Below the pieces are notes generated by a model. It had not been told where the DNA came from and did no database searches. It was given only the letters and a program-made list of their open reading frames with translations. Of a DNA stretch of 36,313 bases, positions 1 to 9,229 are shown one piece after another. A program made the position numbers and the translations under genes. Numbering within the stretch: position 1 is the first letter of the stretch; every line of letters starts with the position of its first letter. This DNA is from a bacterium (GTDB lineage: Bacteria; JAMCPX01): positions 1 through 36,313 of the forward strand of contig JBBIVV010000021.1 of the NCBI GenBank assembly GCA_037439545.1, in the 5' to 3' direction.

Positions 1-64
1 CATAACGGGGCTTACTTCAGACACTTGTTCAGAGCCATCAAACCCTGCTCCGCGGCCCCGGCAG

Positions 65-829
65 TCAATGCTGGCACGAGGGGCAGAAGAGGGTCCTTCT
101 GCCTGCAAGCCGCGTGCTGATAATCCCGGTGCCGCACACAGGACAGTTCTTTTTGTTCTCCAGTGAAAGAAACGGCCTGTCCTCTTTTCCTGAGGCAATG
201 GTTTTCTCAATGGCATCTCCCAGACATTTGAAGATCATCTTATGCAGGATAACAGTCTCTTGCCGTGATACATCCTTTGCCGGTCTTGCAGGAAGCAGGG
301 CGGACTTGAACAGGATCTCGTCGGCATAAACAGCTCCAATACCGGCTATGATTGATTGATTCATAAGGAACTGTTTCATAGTGATCCTTTTTTTTGCCAA
401 GACATCCGTAAGGTAATCGACGCTCAATGCTTCCGGTGCAGCAATCGGATCAGGCCCCAGTTTTTCAAGCGATTCGAGACCAATTCCAAACCATAGACTC
501 GCCCATTTCAGAAGGAATAATGACTGTCGATCATTAAAAACAAAACGTGCACATAAAGAAGGTAAATTTTCTTCTGTTGGAGCTATTTTCATATCACCGA
601 AGAGCCCGAAATGAAGTGTCATCTTTAATGCATCGGGAAACTCGAAAATCAGATACTTACCCCTCCTGCTCACAGACTGCAGCGTTTCTCCTATAATGTG
701 TTTTTGCACATGCTCATCACCGTGTTTCACTATACCTTTTTTGTATATATCGAGCGATGTCAGCGGGTTTGTTTTAAATGATCTTTCTATTGCTCTACGC
801 CGTGCTTCGACTTCCGGGAGTTCAGGCAT
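65..829 (-). CDS. mutM: Fpg/Nei-family DNA glycosylase/AP lyase (MutM-like, divergent)
   Basis: N-terminal PELPEVE, RRGKYL, H2TH motif IAGIGAVYADEILF and C-terminal zinc finger CPVC...CPSCQ. The second ATG (829) is preferred because it puts the catalytic Pro at position 2 and lies 5 nt from AGGAGG. Confidence 0.88.
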   Translation of the reverse strand: MPELPEVEARRRAIERSFKTNPLTSLDIYKKGIVKHGDEHVQKHIIGETLQSVSRRGKYLIFEFPDALKMTLHFGLFGDMKIAPTEENLPSLCARFVFNDRQSLFLLKWASLWFGIGLESLEKLGPDPIAAPEALSVDYLTDVLAKKRITMKQFLMNQSIIAGIGAVYADEILFKSALLPARPAKDVSRQETVILHKMIFKCLGDAIEKTIASGKEDRPFLSLENKKNCPVCGTGIISTRLAGRRTLFCPSCQH

Positions 830-840
830 CATTACCTCCT

Positions 841-864
841 GTCCATAAGTCCATAAGTCTTAGT
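841..864. repeat. Short 8-bp tandem repeat in the kinase-mutM spacer
   Basis: GTCCATAA GTCCATAA GTCTTAGT. Confidence 0.6.
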
Positions 865-873
865 GCTTGATCT

Positions 874-3234
874 TCATCCCCTGAGTGATACGATAGCTGA
901 TAACAGTTCCGATGTACTGGGGAAGCGTTTACCGGGTTCTTTCTGAAGGCATCTTCTTACGAGGTTATCAATCTTATCGGGCATTGAAGGCATAGTGTTT
1001 TTAAGCGACGGTGCGGGTGTGTGCATGTGATGATAATAAATATCACCCTTTGAGAATGGAGGGGTGCCTGCAAGAATCTCATAAAGGACAGCGCCGAATG
1101 AATAGATGTCTGTCTCAAAATTTATATTTTCCCCTTTGATTTGCTCCGGTGACATATAGTACGGTGTTCCAATGACCTTTGTTGCATGTTGTGTCGTATC
1201 CTGAATGATCTTAGCAAGTCCGAAATCCATTAACTTCACCGTATCATAATCCGTTATCATGATATTGCCCGGTTTAATGTCCCTGTGGATGAGATTTTTA
1301 CTGTGTGCGTACACAAGCGCCCGTACAAGCTGCTCCGATATCTTGAGTGCCAGAGAGTTGATCAGCCGCCCCTTTTCAATGAGGACGTCCTTTAATGTTT
1401 TTCCGCCGAGCAGCTCCATTGCTATGTAGTAGTCCTCGCCTTGTTTGCCCGCATCGTACACTATGACTATATTCGGATGATTCAGCGATGCGGCAGATTT
1501 TGCCTCTCTTAAAAAATCGTTTACAAGCTCAGGATGGTGTGTGAGATCGAGGCTCGGTATTTTATAGGCAACCTTTCGTTCCAGCACATTATCATAAGCT
1601 TCGTATACCTTACCCATATTGCCACGGCCGATTTCCTTTACGATACTGTACCTGATACCCTCAGTTGCTTTTATTTGCTGCGGCTTGGGCGGAAGCTTCT
1701 TCAGTCTTTCTATCCTTGCCTGTGTGTCCTGATAGTTGTAATCCTCGGCAAGGATCTTATCGTATATGATAAGTGCTTTTGACGTTTCACCCGTACTTTC
1801 CATGGCTGTTGCTATGCCGTAATATGCATCGACCGTGTTCTTATCGAGGGGTTTGTTCCCTATCGCTCTTTTATATTTCTCAATTGCCTGAACGAACATG
1901 CCTTTATTGACAAACAGGCCGCCGAGGAGCACACACGAACGAGAATACTCTTTGTCGTCCGATGGAGCGACTTTCTGAAGAGCCTGAATGGCGCTGTCCG
2001 CATCTCCGAGTTTGGTGTATTGTTCTGCAGCTTCTATGAATTTGTTCTCTTTGAGCAGTGTTCCTATGAGGTTCTTCTCATCACCTATATATTTGAAAAG
2101 TTGTTTTGCCTTTTCAAGGTTTCCGGCGCGTTGATAGAATGCTGCTGCACGCTTCAGATCATTTGCACTTTCGTACATCTGTGCAGAGAGTTCGTACTCA
2201 CCTGCTTTCTCATACATCCCGGCAGCTTTGGGATGATTTTCAGCGCTCGTGTACAACTCCGCCGCATTCATATATTCATTAATACGTTCGTAGCATTCAG
2301 CAGCTTTTTGGAATTCGCCGGCACCCCTGTAATGTTCTGCCCTCACGGTGTTGGCTTTCACGAGGTCCCCTGCTTTTTCAAACGCCTGAGATGCCTCAAG
2401 CGGTTTGTTTGCAATGGTCAGAAACTCACCGGCTTCTGAAAACTTACCTGCGGCCTTGAATGCCTCTGCCGCGGGCTCATACAGTCTCATCGAAGCGTAT
2501 ACCCTGCCGGCCTTTTCAGGCATACCTACCTTGAGAAGGAGTGTGCCGGTTTTTTTTGCAAGGTCTGTCATTCTTGCCGTGTATTCGTGATCGACCTCCA
2601 TCTTTTCTTTCGAAAAGTCGGCATTGAATGTTTTAAAATAACACTGTGCGGCTCTGCCTGTATCATTCATACTTAAATAAAGCTCGGCTGCAGGCTGAAA
2701 CATCTCGGCATGTTCATACATCTGTGCAGCTTTCAGATATTCTTTCGCCTGTTCATAGGCAGAAGCAGCCTCCGTATAGCTTTTCAGGGTCGTATAGATA
2801 TCCCCTGCTTTTTTAAAGCTGTTGTTCGATTTGGCTATGCGGGCCGCTGCCGCAGGATCGCCTGCTTCGACAAGAAGATTGATTGCAGCGTCGATATTGT
2901 TCAGCCTGAGCGCAATCTCCGATGCTTTCTTTTTTGCGTTGCCTTTGATGTAAAGATCGTAAGCTTTTGCTAATTTACCGTCATAAGTATAGAAATCCGC
3001 TGCTGCCACATAATCACCCTGTCTTAATGCACTTTTCGCAGAACTGGAGAAGTTTGTTCCCTTTCCCTTTTTTGACCCGACATGTTTTACAAGGAATGTG
3101 ATTATAAAGTACAATAAAAGTGCTGCGCCTGCAACCTTGATAACGGTGCTGTAAGGGTCGGTATAATAAAGATACGCAAGTATATCGAATAACCTGCCGA
3201 GCAATGAAGTGAGTGTATCAACAATAGTATCCAT
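874..3234 (-). CDS. Membrane-anchored Ser/Thr protein kinase with long 13-aa helical repeat/TPR region and C-terminal Hanks kinase domain
   Basis: Hydrophobic segment near aa 31-51; many AAxxYxxAG-like repeats; kinase motifs IGRGNMGKVY, VAYK, HRDIKPGN, DFG, GTPYYMSPE, DIYSFG. Confidence 0.92.
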   Translation of the reverse strand: MDTIVDTLTSLLGRLFDILAYLYYTDPYSTVIKVAGAALLLYFIITFLVKHVGSKKGKGTNFSSSAKSALRQGDYVAAADFYTYDGKLAKAYDLYIKGNAKKKASEIALRLNNIDAAINLLVEAGDPAAAARIAKSNNSFKKAGDIYTTLKSYTEAASAYEQAKEYLKAAQMYEHAEMFQPAAELYLSMNDTGRAAQCYFKTFNADFSKEKMEVDHEYTARMTDLAKKTGTLLLKVGMPEKAGRVYASMRLYEPAAEAFKAAGKFSEAGEFLTIANKPLEASQAFEKAGDLVKANTVRAEHYRGAGEFQKAAECYERINEYMNAAELYTSAENHPKAAGMYEKAGEYELSAQMYESANDLKRAAAFYQRAGNLEKAKQLFKYIGDEKNLIGTLLKENKFIEAAEQYTKLGDADSAIQALQKVAPSDDKEYSRSCVLLGGLFVNKGMFVQAIEKYKRAIGNKPLDKNTVDAYYGIATAMESTGETSKALIIYDKILAEDYNYQDTQARIERLKKLPPKPQQIKATEGIRYSIVKEIGRGNMGKVYEAYDNVLERKVAYKIPSLDLTHHPELVNDFLREAKSAASLNHPNIVIVYDAGKQGEDYYIAMELLGGKTLKDVLIEKGRLINSLALKISEQLVRALVYAHSKNLIHRDIKPGNIMITDYDTVKLMDFGLAKIIQDTTQHATKVIGTPYYMSPEQIKGENINFETDIYSFGAVLYEILAGTPPFSKGDIYYHHMHTPAPSLKNTMPSMPDKIDNLVRRCLQKEPGKRFPSTSELLSAIVSLRG

Positions 3235-3299
3235 AAGTTATATGAGGAATTTTATATAATGTCATGCAGGCAAAAGTCAACCATTAACCTCTATTTCAT

Positions 3300-3328
3300 T
3301 TGACCTATGCATTAAAAGTTTATACTCT
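3300..3328 (+). promoter_or_regulatory. Putative sigma70 promoter for purC
   Basis: TTGACC (3300-3305), 17 bp, TACTCT (3323-3328); overlapping TATACT at 3321; purine-rich SD before ATG 3361. Confidence 0.5.
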
Positions 3329-3360
3329 TACCTTAAAACGGTAGAGAGAGGAGAGAAACC

Positions 3361-4254
3361 ATGGCAGGCGAAGTTGTATTAAAAACAGACTTAAAAGGGC
3401 TCACATTAAAAGGCAGGGGCAAGGTCAGGGATATCTATGATCTCGGAGATAAACTCCTTATCATAGCTACGGACAGGATCTCTGCTTTTGATTATATCAT
3501 GCCGAACGGCATACCGGACAAAGGCAGGATACTGAACGGGCTTTCTTTGTTCTGGTTCGATTTCACAAAAGGCATTATTAAGAATCACGTGATAACGTCC
3601 GATGCCGAAAAATATCCAGAGGAGCTTCGCCCGTATACAGATATGCTCAGAGGCAGGTCCATGATTGTAAAGAAGGCAAAGCCTTTTGCAGCAGAATGCG
3701 TTGTGCGGGGATATCTGTCGGGATCGGGCTGGAAGGAATATAAAGAAACGGGCAGGATATGCGGCATCACTATCAAACCAGGACTTACAGAATCTGATAA
3801 ACTCCCGGAAGCGATATTTACGCCTTCAACCAAAGCAGTCTCTGGTCATGACGAGAACATCGATTTGAAAAGGTTTGAGGAGGTTGTCGGGAAGAAATAT
3901 GCATCTGCGATAATCGATAAAACCATTTCCATATATAAAAAGGCGTGTGAATATGCATATACAAAAGGCATAATAATTTCAGATACAAAGTTTGAGTTCG
4001 GGGTGACGGATCAGGACGAGCTCATCATCATAGATGAGATGCTTACGCCTGATTCTTCAAGGTTCTGGTCTCTTGCCGATTATAAACCGGGAGGACCCCA
4101 GAAGAGCTTTGACAAGCAATTCTTGAGGGACTGGCTTGAATCGATAAACTGGAACAAGAAACCGCCTACCCCATTGCTTCCTGATGAAATAGTCGGAAAG
4201 ACAAGAGAAAAATATCTTGAGGCTTATACCAGAATAACCGGGAAGAGCCTGTAA
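3361..4254 (+). CDS. purC: SAICAR synthetase (phosphoribosylaminoimidazolesuccinocarboxamide synthase)
   Basis: [55 protein letters not shown]. Confidence 0.98.
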   Translation: MAGEVVLKTDLKGLTLKGRGKVRDIYDLGDKLLIIATDRISAFDYIMPNGIPDKGRILNGLSLFWFDFTKGIIKNHVITSDAEKYPEELRPYTDMLRGRSMIVKKAKPFAAECVVRGYLSGSGWKEYKETGRICGITIKPGLTESDKLPEAIFTPSTKAVSGHDENIDLKRFEEVVGKKYASAIIDKTISIYKKACEYAYTKGIIISDTKFEFGVTDQDELIIIDEMLTPDSSRFWSLADYKPGGPQKSFDKQFLRDWLESINWNKKPPTPLLPDEIVGKTREKYLEAYTRITGKSL

Positions 4255-4261
4255 TGACTGC

Positions 4262-5512
4262 ATGAATAACAGCCCGGGGAAAAATATACCGTTTATAAAA
4301 TCCGATAGTACGGACAATGATATGAACAGTATTGCCGTTGCAATGAAGGCAGCGGCAGCAGGGCATCCGGATTCCCTGAATACCTATGAGAAGCTGTTCT
4401 CGGAACGTACAGGAATACCTCATACTATTGCCGTAAACTCATCGTTTTCAGCGGTGCTCCTGTCACTCAAGGCACTTGCAATAAAGCAGGGAGACGAGGT
4501 TATAGTATCATCTTTTTCTGCTCCCGAGATAGGCGGAGCTATAGAGCATTCGGGTGCTTCAACGGTGTTTGCCGATATAGAACCCGACACGTTGAATATA
4601 TCTCCCCCGGCGATAAAAGAAAAAATAAACGGTAAAACAAAGGCCGTTATCATAGGGGATACCGCCGGTTTGCAGGTCGATATGAACGCTGTCATGAAGC
4701 TTGCGGCGTCAAACGGCATCTATGTTATCCACTATACCTATTACAATCCATCGGCGATTTACTGCAAAGGAGAGACTGCTCCGTGCCCGCATATGACCGT
4801 GTTTACGCATGATGAACAGTTTGTCAAAGGCGCCGTTATGGCAACAGGTATGGACCATACGGCTGCACGTATAGCACGTCTCGCAGGACACGGTATCGAA
4901 ACATTGAAACAGTCTGAGGATGAAAAACAGAATGGAAGCGGCAATGACCGCCGGTCAGGCCCCCGGGTGTTTTCTGACGGGGTAAAAACAGGCATACAGG
5001 GAGAGCATGAACCGGGTGAAGACTGGTATTATGAAATTGTAAATCCTGGATTTGACTGCAGAATGACCGGTATTCAATCAGCCTTTCATACCTCATACAT
5101 ACGTACGGCACAGGTCCGCATGGACAGACGTAAAGCCATTGCAGAAATGTATACCGGACTGTTAAAACCTGTCAAAGATAAGCTTATACTTCCGTCTCCT
5201 CGTGATTCAGCTGCACCGCACTCGTGGCAGTTATACATCATAAGGATTATCAAGGAGGCGCTTGGCGTAACGAGAGATGAATTTGTCAAAGAGCTTTCAA
5301 AAAAAGGTATAGAGGTGCGTGTCCATTATATACCGCTTCACATCCAGCCCTATTATTCAAAAAAATACAGATGCAGATACAATGACCTTATCAACACGTA
5401 CGAGTCATACATATCGGCTGTCAGCCTTCCTCTCTATGCATCGTTAGCGGATGACGATGTGAAATATGTTGCACAAACACTCATAGACATTGTAAAAAAA
5501 TTCGCCAGATAA
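4262..5512 (+). CDS. DegT/DnrJ/EryC1/StrS aminotransferase-fold protein with degenerate PLP motifs and a ~30-aa insertion
   Basis: GDEVIV, VFADIEPDTLNI, TKAVI, WYYEIVNPGFDCRM, VHYIPLHIQPYY and SLPLY match the family; the EDAA(H/Q) and SFxxxK motifs are not present. Confidence 0.85.
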   Translation: MNNSPGKNIPFIKSDSTDNDMNSIAVAMKAAAAGHPDSLNTYEKLFSERTGIPHTIAVNSSFSAVLLSLKALAIKQGDEVIVSSFSAPEIGGAIEHSGASTVFADIEPDTLNISPPAIKEKINGKTKAVIIGDTAGLQVDMNAVMKLAASNGIYVIHYTYYNPSAIYCKGETAPCPHMTVFTHDEQFVKGAVMATGMDHTAARIARLAGHGIETLKQSEDEKQNGSGNDRRSGPRVFSDGVKTGIQGEHEPGEDWYYEIVNPGFDCRMTGIQSAFHTSYIRTAQVRMDRRKAIAEMYTGLLKPVKDKLILPSPRDSAAPHSWQLYIIRIIKEALGVTRDEFVKELSKKGIEVRVHYIPLHIQPYYSKKYRCRYNDLINTYESYISAVSLPLYASLADDDVKYVAQTLIDIVKKFAR

Positions 5513-5537
5513 CCGATCGATAACCTATGGATAATCT

Positions 5538-6737
5538 ATGAATAAAACAGAGAGGGCAGCACATACTATCGGACTGGCAGGACTATACCTGTTTGTTGCG
5601 GCAATGCCGTATTCGCCGGCCATTTCAGAAGCAGGGTTCTGGATAAGTTTTTTAGGGGCTGTCATCCGCAGCGTGAATAACAGACGCCTTTTCCGGCCTT
5701 CGGTTGTATACGGCGTTGCCGTCCTCTTATTTTTAGCCGCCGTCTGCATAACGGTCCCGTTCTCTATGGATGTAAAACTGAGTCTTCGGAAATTCTTTAT
5801 CGTAAGGTGGCTGTTTTTTCCCTATGTGCTCTTTAATCTTGAACTCGACCGTAAAACCATTCATAGGCTGTTAAGCATAATGCTGGCTGTTTCGGCTCTA
5901 TTCTCGATATATCTCCTCCTTCAGCATGTTTTTGGCAGGCAGCTCCTGCCCTATAAGTTCGCTATTTATCAGACCGTTGATCCGGTAAACTCGGGCCGGT
6001 CCGACAGGATTGCACTGAGGTTCGGACAATACTATGCAATGCTGTTTACCTTTATCGTTATTTTTACTTATCTCGATACAAAGTTAAGGCACATATTCCG
6101 GGGCGTTGTCCCGGCACTGTCCTCGATTGCAGTGACCTATTTTGCATATGCGAGGAGCGGCGCTCTGGGAATATGGACTTCATTCATTGCATTTGGCTTG
6201 TTAAAATCAAGGACAATACTTTACGGTATCATTCTTATGAGCGGTATTGGGCTGGCATTTGTATTTCTGTTCCCTCACACGGAACTTTCCGAATTGGTCT
6301 ACAGTACGCTGCATCCCACCCAGGTGTCAGGTGTCCGGTATGGGTCGAACGTGGCAAGGATACATATGGTCGACAATACCATAGTGATATTAAAGCAGCA
6401 TCCGCTTACCGGTGCGGGGTTCAACTGCTACGGTAAATGGACGGATGTGTATAGACCGTCTGATAAAGGCTGGGAAAGAACATTCAGCGATCCGGTGGAA
6501 TTCCTTGCAACAACGGGTATCATCGGCTTTGCCGGATTTTTACTGCTTTATCTCAGTATATCTTATGTGTTGTTCAAATCAAAAAATGAACTCTCGGGCC
6601 CGGTGTTCGCTGCATTCCTCGTCTTTGTGGCAGGAGGTATGTTCGAACCCATGTTCTTCAATACGGTACTCCTGCGAGCCATGATGTTTTTGATCGGGTT
6701 GAGCATGAGAGGCGATATCGACAGGGAAAGATGTTAA
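5538..6737 (+). CDS. O-antigen ligase/Wzy_C-family membrane protein
   Basis: About 10-12 hydrophobic segments; YARSGALG, SNVARIHM, HPLTGAGF and FLATTGIIG resemble WaaL/Wzy_C motifs. Confidence 0.8.
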   Translation: MNKTERAAHTIGLAGLYLFVAAMPYSPAISEAGFWISFLGAVIRSVNNRRLFRPSVVYGVAVLLFLAAVCITVPFSMDVKLSLRKFFIVRWLFFPYVLFNLELDRKTIHRLLSIMLAVSALFSIYLLLQHVFGRQLLPYKFAIYQTVDPVNSGRSDRIALRFGQYYAMLFTFIVIFTYLDTKLRHIFRGVVPALSSIAVTYFAYARSGALGIWTSFIAFGLLKSRTILYGIILMSGIGLAFVFLFPHTELSELVYSTLHPTQVSGVRYGSNVARIHMVDNTIVILKQHPLTGAGFNCYGKWTDVYRPSDKGWERTFSDPVEFLATTGIIGFAGFLLLYLSISYVLFKSKNELSGPVFAAFLVFVAGGMFEPMFFNTVLLRAMMFLIGLSMRGDIDRERC

Positions 6738-7606
6738 AAAATACTATAATTAAAACGAAGATCCTGCTCGAAATGATCAAGTTCGAGCATACGCTGTTTG
6801 CGATACCTTTTGCAATCATTGCAATGATGCTTGCCGCTCATGGCTTACCGACACTGTACCAGATGTTTTGGATCCTTGTTGCCCTCGCATTCGCAAGGAC
6901 AGTCGCAATGCTGTGGAACAGGATCGTCGATGCAGAGATAGATGCAAAAAATCCAAGGACCATGAACAGGGCGATACCCAAAGGACTCGTTTCCGTTAAA
7001 TCCGCAATAGTTATGCTGATCATTTCATGTATCGTATTTGTGTTTTCAGCCTCTATGTTGAATAAGCTCAGCTTTATCCTGAGCTTCCCCGCATTGTTCA
7101 TCGTGTTCTTGTATTCCTACCTCAAACGATTTACATGGCTCAGTCATTTTGTGCTCGGGTTTGTGGATGCAATGGCACCGGCAGGTGCATGGATAGCAAT
7201 CAGGGGCGATCTGCCTTTGAGTATTATGCTGCTGAGTCTTGCGGTCATACTCTGGGTCGGAGGTTTTGATATACTGTATTCGTTAATGGACCTTGAGTTC
7301 GACAGAAAAGAACACCTCTTTTCTATTCCTGTAATATTCGGCGTTCCAAAAGCCATATTCTTATCAAGACTCATGCATGCAATCATGGTGCTTGCACTGA
7401 TCCTGTTCGGATTGCTTTATCCGATGCATCTCCTGTATTTTATAGGGGTTGCGTCTGTGGTAGTCTTGCTTGTTTACGAACACCGGCTTATAAAGCCCGG
7501 CGATTTTTCAAAGGTTGAAAAAGCTTTTTATGAAACGAATATAGGTGTCAGCGGCATTATGCTTTTATTCTCTGCTCTCGATATATGGCTCAAAATTAAA
7601 TTATAG
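6731..7606 (+). CDS. UbiA-family polyprenyltransferase (MqnP-like, futalosine menaquinone route likely)
   Basis: EMIKFEHTLFAIPFA, NRIVDAEIDAKNPRTMNRAIP, YSYLKRFT, GFDILYSLMDLEFD. Confidence 0.88.
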   Translation: MLKNTIIKTKILLEMIKFEHTLFAIPFAIIAMMLAAHGLPTLYQMFWILVALAFARTVAMLWNRIVDAEIDAKNPRTMNRAIPKGLVSVKSAIVMLIISCIVFVFSASMLNKLSFILSFPALFIVFLYSYLKRFTWLSHFVLGFVDAMAPAGAWIAIRGDLPLSIMLLSLAVILWVGGFDILYSLMDLEFDRKEHLFSIPVIFGVPKAIFLSRLMHAIMVLALILFGLLYPMHLLYFIGVASVVVLLVYEHRLIKPGDFSKVEKAFYETNIGVSGIMLLFSALDIWLKIKL

Positions 7607-7677
7607 CCGATGCGTTCTTTTTTGTTGATTTTTTCAGGGTTCTTTATATAAAGAGCTTGTGAGCAGGAGGACATGCT

Positions 7678-9165
7678 ATGACGGATTACATACTTGCCAT
7701 TGATCAGGGTACTACTTCTACGAAGGTGCTGTTGGTAGATTCATCCCTGAATGTTGTTGCATCTGCCGGTTATGAGCTTCCTCAGATATACCCAAGGCCT
7801 GGCTGGGTAGAACATGATCCGAATATAATTACGAAGATAACCTATGACAGCATAAAGGCTGTTCTTCAAAAAACAAACATTGACCCTCACAGAATTGCGG
7901 TAATCGGTATAACAAATCAGAGAGAAACGACAATCCTCTGGGACAAAAGAACAGGTAACCCTGTTTACAATGCCATTGTCTGGCAGTGCAAGCGGACAAG
8001 CCATATCGTAGAAAAATTAAAATCAAAAGGGTATGAGAAAACATTCACGCACACGACAGGGCTCCTCCTTGATCCATACTTCTCTGCGACAAAGGTCATG
8101 TGGCTTCTCAATACCATTACAGGCTTGCGTACCAGAGTACAGAAAGGAGAAATAGCCTTCGGTACAGTGGATTCATGGCTGCTGTGGCACTTAACGGGCG
8201 GTGTAAGCCATTTAACCGATGTGAGCAATGCATCAAGAACGCTGTTATTCAACATAAAGCAGCTCAAATGGGATGATAATCTGCTTCGTATCACGGACAT
8301 ACCGAAGTGTATCCTGCCGGAGGTAAAGCCGACATCGGATATATTCGGTTATACAAAAGGACTCGGATTCCTTCCCGATAACATACCGATAGGAAGTCTT
8401 GTCGGTGATCAGCAGTCGGCATTGTTTGGGCAGGCATGTTTTGAAACCGGTGCAGTAAAGGCAACGTATGGGACAGGTTCATTCGTGTTGTTTAACACGG
8501 CAGATAAACCGATTATGTCAAAGCACGGATTATTGACGACTGTTGCGTGGCAGATAAAGAATAAAGTTACCTATGCACTCGAAGGGAGTGCTATGATATC
8601 GGGTGCCGCAGTACAATGGGCGAGGGACGGGCTCGGCATTATAAACAAGGCGGAGGACATAGAGGCGCTTGCATCCAGCGTGCCTGACAGCGGCGGCATC
8701 GTATTCGTACCTGCGTTGAGCGGACTCGGTGCTCCATTCTGGAGACCGGATGCAAAAGGAATTATAACCGGTATAACGAGAGGGACTACGAAGGCGCATA
8801 TTGCAAGGGCGATACTTGAAGGTATCGCATTACAGGAATACACACTCTTGGAAGCAATGAAACAGGATACAGGGCAGAGGATAAGTTCTTTGAAGGTCGA
8901 TGGCGGTGCGAGCAAGGATAACCTGCTCATGCAGTTTCAGGCAGACATACTCGGTATACCGGTGATAAGACCTCAACACACAGAAACAACGTCGCTGGGC
9001 GCTGCCATGCTCGCGGGGCTCTATGCCGGTATATGGAAAGACATTAAGGAACTGAGAAAGATCTGGAAAGAAGACAGAAAATTTAATCCAGTGATGCCTG
9101 TCGCCCAGAAAAGAGGTTTTCTGACCCGGTGGGACAATGCTGTGAAAAAGCTTCTTGTGAAATAA
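7678..9165 (+). CDS. glpK: Glycerol kinase
   Basis: AIDQGTTST, GWVEHDP, GITNQRETT, GDQQSALFGQ, ATYGTG, YALEGS, LKVDGGA; SD AGGAGG upstream. Confidence 0.97.
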   Translation: MTDYILAIDQGTTSTKVLLVDSSLNVVASAGYELPQIYPRPGWVEHDPNIITKITYDSIKAVLQKTNIDPHRIAVIGITNQRETTILWDKRTGNPVYNAIVWQCKRTSHIVEKLKSKGYEKTFTHTTGLLLDPYFSATKVMWLLNTITGLRTRVQKGEIAFGTVDSWLLWHLTGGVSHLTDVSNASRTLLFNIKQLKWDDNLLRITDIPKCILPEVKPTSDIFGYTKGLGFLPDNIPIGSLVGDQQSALFGQACFETGAVKATYGTGSFVLFNTADKPIMSKHGLLTTVAWQIKNKVTYALEGSAMISGAAVQWARDGLGIINKAEDIEALASSVPDSGGIVFVPALSGLGAPFWRPDAKGIITGITRGTTKAHIARAILEGIALQEYTLLEAMKQDTGQRISSLKVDGGASKDNLLMQFQADILGIPVIRPQHTETTSLGAAMLAGLYAGIWKDIKELRKIWKEDRKFNPVMPVAQKRGFLTRWDNAVKKLLVK

Positions 9166-9174
9166 AAGATGAAA

Positions 9175-9195
9175 GGGCGGGTTTTATACCCGCCC
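9175..9195. terminator. GC-rich hairpin between convergent glpK and the downstream gene (REP-like, possible bidirectional terminator)
   Basis: GGGCGGGT TTTAT ACCCGCCC, perfect 8-bp stem. Confidence 0.65.
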
Positions 9196-9229
9196 CGGTT
9201 TCTTTGTCCATTATCTGCTTGTCTTTATG

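Noticed and set aside
874..3234. Kinases and FHA protein as an anti-phage or toxin-antitoxin system
   Set aside because: No nuclease, phosphatase, HipA-type or other defence-associated genes nearby; the context is housekeeping.
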